In this document: in pieces, positions 57,774-64,000 of the stretch
Layout of the letters: each line of letters starts with the position of its first letter
Position numbering within the stretch: position 1 is the first letter of the stretch
Assembly: GCA_963771175.1 (NCBI GenBank)
Contig: CAVYSY010000032.1
Span: 160,001 to 224,000 of the forward strand
From: an uncultured delta proteobacterium
GTDB lineage: Bacteria; Myxococcota; Myxococcia; Myxococcales; Myxococcaceae
Reading direction: 5' to 3'
Length of the DNA: 64,000 nt
Position numbers and translations under genes: made by a program
The notes under the pieces: model-generated
Database searches by the model: none
What the model saw: only the letters and a program-made list of their open reading frames with translations
Told to the model about the DNA's origin: nothing

Positions 57774-58559
57774 TCATGCGGTGGGTCTCAGCACGAAGAT
57801 GCTGTCGAGCCGGATTTCCCCCCGCTCGCGCGGGGCCTCTACCTGGTAGCCGAAGTCGTAGACGGCCAGCACCTGCAGGCCCGCCCGACGAAAGAGGCGC
57901 CGGGCCTGCGTCAGGTCGTACGTGCGGAAGTACCAGTGCGTCTCGATGAGCAGGTCCTTCTCCGGCCCGGTGATCCGCAGCCGGTTGCGCATCTCCGAGC
58001 GCCGCAGACGCCGGTCCGGCAGCCCCTCGTGGGTGTTGCACACCACTGTGTCCTTCCCGAGGCGCTCCACCCACCGCTCGTGCTCCGGCCTCTTCCGCTC
58101 GTAGTCCGTGAGGTGGAAGCCGAGCACGTACAGTCCCTCGGGCTTGAGCAGCCGGCGCGTGCCCTCCAGGTGCGCGAGCGCCGCCTTCTCGCTGTCGAGG
58201 TAGCGGAACGTGGACACCAGGTTGAACGCCAGGTCCACCTGCCCCTCCAGCTCCGGCTGGAAGAACTCCTCCATGCGCGACAGGTAGAGGCGCGCCCGTC
58301 GGCGCCAGGCCGGCGTGAGGCGCTTGCGCGCGTGGGCCAGCATCTGCTCCGAGATGTCATAGCCCACCACCGAGCAGCCCCGGCGAGTGGCCTCGGCCAC
58401 GAGCCGGCCTGCCCCGCACGCGGGCTCCAGCAGCAGCTTGCCGCCCGTGCCATAGCGACGGCTCACCTCCAGCAGGAAGTCCATCTCCTGCGCGGTGTCG
58501 GTGCCGAAGATGGCCTCGTAATACTCGGGGTGGTCGTACCAGTCAGAGAGTCGTTCCAT
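57774..58559 (-). CDS. Class I SAM-dependent methyltransferase
   Basis: LLEPACGAGR, GYDISEQML, LLKPEG. Confidence 0.9.
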   Translation of the reverse strand: MERLSDWYDHPEYYEAIFGTDTAQEMDFLLEVSRRYGTGGKLLLEPACGAGRLVAEATRRGCSVVGYDISEQMLAHARKRLTPAWRRRARLYLSRMEEFFQPELEGQVDLAFNLVSTFRYLDSEKAALAHLEGTRRLLKPEGLYVLGFHLTDYERKRPEHERWVERLGKDTVVCNTHEGLPDRRLRRSEMRNRLRITGPEKDLLIETHWYFRTYDLTQARRLFRRAGLQVLAVYDFGYQVEAPRERGEIRLDSIFVLRPTA

Positions 58560-58653
58560 GGACGAGGTGCCGCCCTGGCGGCGGTGCGCATCCTCGGCCC
58601 TGTGAACGGAAAAGCAAGTGCACCATGTTCCAGGCATGGGGAGTACGGAAGCC

Positions 58654-59136
58654 ATGACCCAGCCCATCCGTCGCATCCTGGTTCCCACCGACTTCTCGGA
58701 GCACTCGCGGAAGGCCCTGGAGTACGCCTTCTCCCTCGCCCAGCGAATGGGGGCCTCCGTCGAGCTACTCCACGTCTGGGAGCCCCCCGTGCACATCGCC
58801 CCCGACGCCTTGATGATGATGCCCGGCTGGGAGGATGCCTCGGTGGAGAAGTACGGCCTCGCGCAGGCGGGGCGCCACCTGCACGACTGGGCCGAGCAGT
58901 ACCGCTCCAGCCCCGTGCCGCCACAGGTCCACCTCGAGCGCGGTATCCCCGCCGACACCATCCTCCGCGTCGCGCAACGCGGGTATGACCTGGTGGTGAT
59001 GGGCACGCACGGACGCACCGGGCTCTCACGCCTCTTGATGGGGAGCGTCGCGCAGAAGGTCTCGGCTCGGGCCTCGTGTCCGGTGATGACGGTGCACGGG
59101 GCGGAGTCGGAAGAGGTGGCGCAGCCCGCGGGGTGA
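58654..59136 (+). CDS. Universal stress protein
   Basis: RILVPTDFS, DLVVMGTHGRTG..GSVAQKV. Confidence 0.95.
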   Translation: MTQPIRRILVPTDFSEHSRKALEYAFSLAQRMGASVELLHVWEPPVHIAPDALMMMPGWEDASVEKYGLAQAGRHLHDWAEQYRSSPVPPQVHLERGIPADTILRVAQRGYDLVVMGTHGRTGLSRLLMGSVAQKVSARASCPVMTVHGAESEEVAQPAG

Positions 59137-59143
59137 GGAAGCG

Positions 59144-59554
59144 TCAGCGCTTCTCTTGCTTGTCCAGCAGGCGGCCCGCGAGCCGGATCAGGTCCGTCTC
59201 CGTGATGATGCCCACCAGCACGCCCCCGTCCTCCACCACCGGGATGCACCCGAACCGGTGGTCCAGGAGCTTGTCGATGGCCTCGTGCGCCGAGCTGTGC
59301 GGTCTCAGGGTCTCCACCGAACGCGTCATGACGTCCCGAATCACCACGGTGGCCGCCGCCGTGCTGCGCTCCTGGCGGGCCATCGCGCGGATCAGATCCC
59401 TGTGGCTCACCAGCCCCACGAGCTTCCCCTCCTTCACCACGGGAAGATGGCGAATCTCATACTCGGCCAGCAGATCGTCCCCCCGGACCAGGTCATCGTC
59501 CTCCTTCAACGTGACCACATCCCGGGTCATCAGTTCCCCGACAGTCAGCATCAT
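59144..59554 (-). CDS. CBS domain pair protein
   Basis: VGELMTRDV, IRHLPVV..LVGLVS, GCIPVV..LVGIITETD; GGAGG RBS. Confidence 0.93.
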   Translation of the reverse strand: MMLTVGELMTRDVVTLKEDDDLVRGDDLLAEYEIRHLPVVKEGKLVGLVSHRDLIRAMARQERSTAAATVVIRDVMTRSVETLRPHSSAHEAIDKLLDHRFGCIPVVEDGGVLVGIITETDLIRLAGRLLDKQEKR

Positions 59555-59657
59555 GACCTCCCATTCCTGGCAGCCATGAACAGGGTGGGCTCTCGGGAGG
59601 CCCGATGCAGCCACGGCACCTAGCCAGCCTGGGGCTGCTCCCGCCGATCGCTCTCGG

Positions 59658-60425
59658 CTAGTGCAGCCCGTGATCGGTGACCTGCGCGAGCGCGAGCATC
59701 AGCAGCAGGCCCGACGGCGAGCGCCGCGAGGTTGCGCCCCCACCGCTCCTGGCCGTGGCGGTTCACGTGTGGCGAGCAGGTCCAGCACGGCGATGTAGAG
59801 GAAGGTGCCGGCGGAGAAGGCGAGCGCCCGCGCCGCCAGTGACTCGTGCTCAGCACGGCGGCGTCGAAGGCGAAGTAGAGCGCCGCCCCCACCGGCACCA
59901 TCAGCCCGTAAGCACCGCGTAGCCGAGGATGCGCGCCGTGCGTCTCCCCTCGGACTTGAGGATGGAGGCGAGCGAGAGGCTGACGAGGGCACCTTGTGCG
60001 AGGCGATGGCGAGCAGGCGCCGTCAGCCCCACCCCCTCCTTCGCCGCCGAGCCCAGGGCCATACCGTCGAAGAGCGTGTGCGCCGACAGCCCGAGGAAGG
60101 CCGCGATCCCCATCGACTTCGCCTGCGCGTGCCGGTGCTCCTCGCACTCCACCGGCTCCTCGCACGCGTGCGTGATCATGTACCGGTCGAGCACCAGCAG
60201 GAAGACGAACCCCGCGGCCACCAGCCGAACGTCGTACGCCCCCGCCCCGTGGTAGGCCTCGGGCAGCATGTGGAAGAACGACCGCCCCGAGCATCACCCC
60301 GGCCGCGAAGGCCAGGAAGGTGATCAGCCGGGCTGGTGCGCGCCGCGTACACGGGCACCAGCGCGCCAGACGAGCGCGCCGGCACGATGACCAGCGAGAG
60401 GAGGAGAGCGCGACCGCGAGGGCAT
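59658..60425 (-). CDS. ZIP family metal transporter (frameshifted)
   Basis: FLAFAAGVM, HMLPEA, HTLFDGMALG, HKVP, FSAGTFLYIA. Confidence 0.88.
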
Positions 60426-60576
60426 GGGGAGGCCCGACACCTGCACGAAACGCATCATCCGGAGCCAGGGGGACCCGGATACGCCCCAGGGGATGGGCAA
60501 CCGGACGGAGGGGGGCACGGTGGTCGAGGGCTCAGGTCCCCTCCGAGCCCCTCTCCCGGGGGAAGGAGAGAGACGC

Positions 60577-61867
60577 TCAGTCGTAGCGCCGGTCGACGAC
60601 GACGTGCACCCGGCGCGGCTTCACGTCCACCTCCCGGGTACTGCGCTTGTCCGCCCGCGTCCACCACCACCAGCGTCTGCCCAGCGGGCAGGCGGAAGCG
60701 CGCGAGCTGGAACTCCGCAGGCAGGCTGAGCCAGGAGCGCAGGTCCGGGGCATTGGTCGCGTTGAGCACCAGGAAGGTGAGCGCCGCCACCTCCTTGCTC
60801 TTGGTGGCGGCGCCGGCCGCGCCGAGAGCCCCGCCTTCACCGCCACGCCCGCCACCTGCTTGAGCAGCAAGCGCCCCACCCGGTCCTCCAGGTGCAGCTG
60901 CGCCACGCCGCGAGATGGAGGTGACCGTCACGGCGTCCTGCGCAGCGACGCCAGGCTGGGTGGCGGCAGTCCACCACCGCGACCTGCGCGCGCGGCGGCT
61001 GCCCGCGGTCCCGAACACCGGCACCGCGATGAGCTCGCCCTGCGGTGCCATTGAGGTTGCGCTCCGCGGACTGCTTCTCCGGCGAGCGGCCCGCCTCCAC
61101 CACCACCACCACCTGGCCCTCGGCCGGGCCCCAGCGGCGCGTGCTCGACGTCCGGGTAGCGCCGCCGCAGCTTCTCGTAGGCCTCGTCGCGCCCGGTCTT
61201 CTTCGCCAGCCGCAGCAGCGGCTCGGCCAGCGGGCCCAGCTCGGGCTCCAGCTCCAGCGCCTCCGCGTAGTCGATGAACGCGGAGTCCCGGTCGCCGCTG
61301 GTCCTCGTACAGCACGCCGCCCAGGTAGCGGGCGATGGCCAGCTGCTCGTAGGGCTTCTTCTCGTCGGCGATCATCTTCTGCAGCCGCTCGTTCACGCGG
61401 CGCACCTCGACGAGCGCGTCCTCGTCCTGGCCCAGCTGGGCGTAGTTGAGCGCCTGGAGCACGGAGATCATCAGCCTCTCGAAGTCCTCGCCGCGGTAGG
61501 CGCGCTCGCGCTCGTTGGTGAGGAGCGCCGCGGCCTCCTCCGAGACGGAGATGATGTCGAGCTCGCTCGCGACAGCCGGTCGGCCTCGGCGAGCACCTGG
61601 ATGCTCTCCCGCCACCGCCCGCGGCGTGCAGCACCATGCCCTCGTCGAGCAGCACCAGCAGCCGGTCGTCTTGCGTGTCCCTCCTGCGCCAGCCGCTCGA
61701 CAGCTGCGCAGGGCGCCGGCGTAGTCCTCCGCTCGTAGGCGCTGCGCAGACCCGCCGTGCGGGCGACGTAGTCGCCCGCGCAGCCGGTGCAGCAGCCGCG
61801 ATCGCGAGCGCGAGCACGGCCCAGCCGGCCAGCAGCGCCGCAGATGGTGATGGCGCGTGAGGCTCAC
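60577..61867 (-). CDS. COG3014-like TPR lipoprotein (frameshifted)
   Basis: LLDEGMVLH, AYRGEDFE, ALVEVRR, PDLRSWLSLP. Confidence 0.78.
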
Positions 61868-61876
61868 GGGGTCGGG

Positions 61877-62476
61877 CTACCAGCGACGAGCCTTCTTCTC
61901 GAACTTCTTGCGGAGCTCCTTCTCGTCCGTCCACTCGATGATGCCGGTGCGCAGGTTGTTCAGCTTCATGGTCATCTTGTAGTAGACGAGCTTGTCGGCG
62001 CCGACCTCCTGGACGATCGAGGCGATCTCCCCGGTCATCAGGTAGTCCGCGCTGGCCTGCTCGCCCGGGCCCTTGGCCTCGTCCGGGCGCACGTAGCCCG
62101 AGCCCTGGTACTCGTACTCCTCGGCGATCTCCTCGCGCGCCGCCTTGTCCAGAAGGCGAACTTGCCGGTCTGGCCAGCTGCACCTGGATCTTGTCGGCGA
62201 GCGAGCTCATGTCGATGTGCTCGGAGGTCTTGTTCTTCATCCTGCCCACGAGCACGACGAGGCAGCCGCTCGCCGGGCTGGGCGAAGCGCGGCGAGGCGG
62301 TCAGCGAGTCGACCATCTTCTTGGCGATGAGCTGCAGGTCGTTCTCGTTGAACTGTCCGAGAGCATCTCGATGGTGTTCGGGTCCTCGTAGGTGCCGCGG
62401 GTGTAGGCGCGCGGCCCTCCGCAGGCGGCGAGGAGCGCGACGAGCGAGCGAAGGCAATGAGGAGTCGGGTCTTCAT
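61877..62476 (-). CDS. LpoB-like lipoprotein (frameshifted)
   Basis: FNENDLQLIAKKMVDSL, MKNKTSEHID, ADYLMTGEI, YYKMTMKL..TGIIEW. Confidence 0.82.
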
Positions 62477-62489
62477 GTTGGGCGCTCTC

Positions 62490-63336
62490 CTAGTTCCATT
62501 CGCATTCGAAGCGGCTGCCCATGAAGTGCCACTGGTAGGTCAGCACCGCGTCGCGCTGGTAGCCCGGCCGTGAGCCGGCAGAGGCTCTGCAGCGACGAGC
62601 GGGGGTAGTCGAAGGTGTAGCGCTGGGCCTTGGCCCGCTCGGCCGCGGTGAGCTGCGAGGGGTGGGTGAGCGTCGGGTTGGCGCTGGCGGCGACCAGCAC
62701 GTGGTGCTTGCCGTAGGTCTTGAGCGGCACCGGCCCGGCCAGCTGGATTCGGCGCACCTCTTGGCGCGATCAGGATGTCGCTGCGGTCCACCATCGTCTC
62801 GTGCGCGTACTTGCGCGCGCAGCAGCTCGGGGATGTTGGCGGTGAAGACGCGGGTGAGGTCGCCGTCGTCGATGAAGAAGTAGAGGAAGGCCTCGCGCGC
62901 CGTGGCTCTCGCCGGTGAAGTCGAGCGTGACGTGCAGGGTGAGCGCCCGGTTGGGCGCTCAGCGCGTGCAGGGAGACGGCCTGGAGCACCCTTCGGGCGA
63001 CGCCGGCCTGTCTTCAGGCGGATGAGCCCGTCGGCGCTGGCGTCGCAGGCGCAGCGGCGCTCCTCGATCATCTTCACCAGCTGGGGGGCGTCGAAGCCGG
63101 CGCTTGGCGAGCTTGGCCACCTCCTCCTCCGTGAGGGGCAGCTGGTCCGAGCGCTCGTAGATGGGCGGCAGCGGCGTTGGCGTCCCACTGGATGATGTTG
63201 ATGGTGTGCGTCTCGCCCGGGAAGGGCAGCACGGGCACGGCGCGCACCTCGAGCGGGGGGGCGCCGTGCCGGTCGACGCGGGGGGCGGCTGGGCGCTGGC
63301 GAGCGCGAGGGCGACGGTGAGGGCCTGGAGGATCAT
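62490..63336 (-). CDS. Secreted hypothetical protein (frameshifted)
   Basis: Signal peptide MILQALTVALALA; coding-like pieces across frames ending GSRFECEWN. Confidence 0.6.
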
Positions 63337-63356
63337 GGGGTGGGCCTCCTGCTGCG

Positions 63357-63941
63357 CTAGAAGCGGTAGCCGACGTTCACGCCGATGCGGTGGGCGACCT
63401 CGCCGCCCCCGATGGGGATGTCCGGCGCGTACGCGAGCCCGACGAAGACGTGCTCGCGGTCGTCCACCATGAAGTCGGTGCCGACCTCGGGCACGACGCC
63501 GAAGCGCAGCGTGCCGTCGTTGCCGGTGAGCTCCTCGTCCGGGACGGTGATGATGCCGGCCTTGAGCGCGAAGTGGAAGCGCACGCGGTAGCCCCAGGTG
63601 TGGAAGCTCGGGCCGGCCACGAGCGCGCACGCTGGCCGTCGAAGAGGTAGGCGCCGGAGAGGTCGAGCGAGAGCCAGTCCTCGCTCCAGTAGCTGGCGGT
63701 GGCGCCCAGGTAGAGCGGCGGGCCGTCGCGGCGCTCGGACACGTTCTGGGTGACGCCCGCGCCCCACTCGAGCCGCAGCGAGAGGGGGCCCTCGGCGCGG
63801 TAGGAGGAATAGCCGCCCTTGCCGTATTCCGAGCCCTCGGGCCCGTCGGTGCGGCCGCGCTCCTGGGCGCCGGCGGAGAGCGGCGCCACCACACGCCACG
63901 AGCACGGCGGCTCCCCATAACTTCGTGAGACGCTCTCTCAA
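63357..63941 (-). CDS. Putative small outer-membrane beta-barrel protein (frameshifted)
   Basis: Alternating amphipathic strands; terminal GVNVGYRF (Bam-type Phe end); start approximate. Confidence 0.65.
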   Translation of the reverse strand: MRERLTKLWGAAVLVACGGAALRRRPGARPHRRARGLGIRQGRLFLLPRRGPPLAAARVGRGRHPERVRAPRRPAALPGRHRQLLERGLALARPLRRLPLRRPACALVAGPSFHTWGYRVRFHFALKAGIITVPDEELTGNDGTLRFGVVPEVGTDFMVDDREHVFVGLAYAPDIPIGGGEVAHRIGVNVGYRF

Positions 63942-64000
63942 AACGGCTCTCCCCCTGCGCGGCAACCTCGGCCCTCCGGACGCGCGAGGGAGCGAATATT

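Overview
High-GC myxobacterial chromosome segment; gene content suggests Cystobacterineae, probably Archangium/Cystobacter-like (inference). The conserved genes carry many single-base indels that look like assembly errors. Layout: (1) 0-10.6 kb housekeeping block with rho, ligA, acyP, RNase E/G, YihY and an IHF/HU protein. (2) 10.6-19.6 kb compact type III secretion cluster: SctV/U/T/S/R, FliO-like, SctQ, SctK-like, SctJ, inner-rod-like and needle-like genes, with no ATPase or secretin; a PilZ gene and a receiver gene follow. (3) An ABC permease and ABC ATPase separated by about 13 kb of accessory genes, including a PAP2-membrane-SpeE-like fusion, cupin, DUF885, PPase, S8 protease, FliB-like methylase, and a four-domain RNA end-repair protein (MJ1316 + EEP + 2H + eukaryote-type poly(A) polymerase). 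(4) MoxR/DUF58/Bat operon. (5) A 3.3 kb island bounded by 31-bp direct repeats carrying a SitA5-like toxin/immunity pair, followed by two tandem Pol-beta (RlaP/YcgL-like) nucleotidyltransferases and AlkD. (6) DUF2157/DUF4401/GDYXXLXY genes, stress and metal genes, and an LpoB-like operon. No rRNA, tRNA, CRISPR array, integrase or transposase was recognised. All family calls come from motif recognition and recalled sequences, not database searches.
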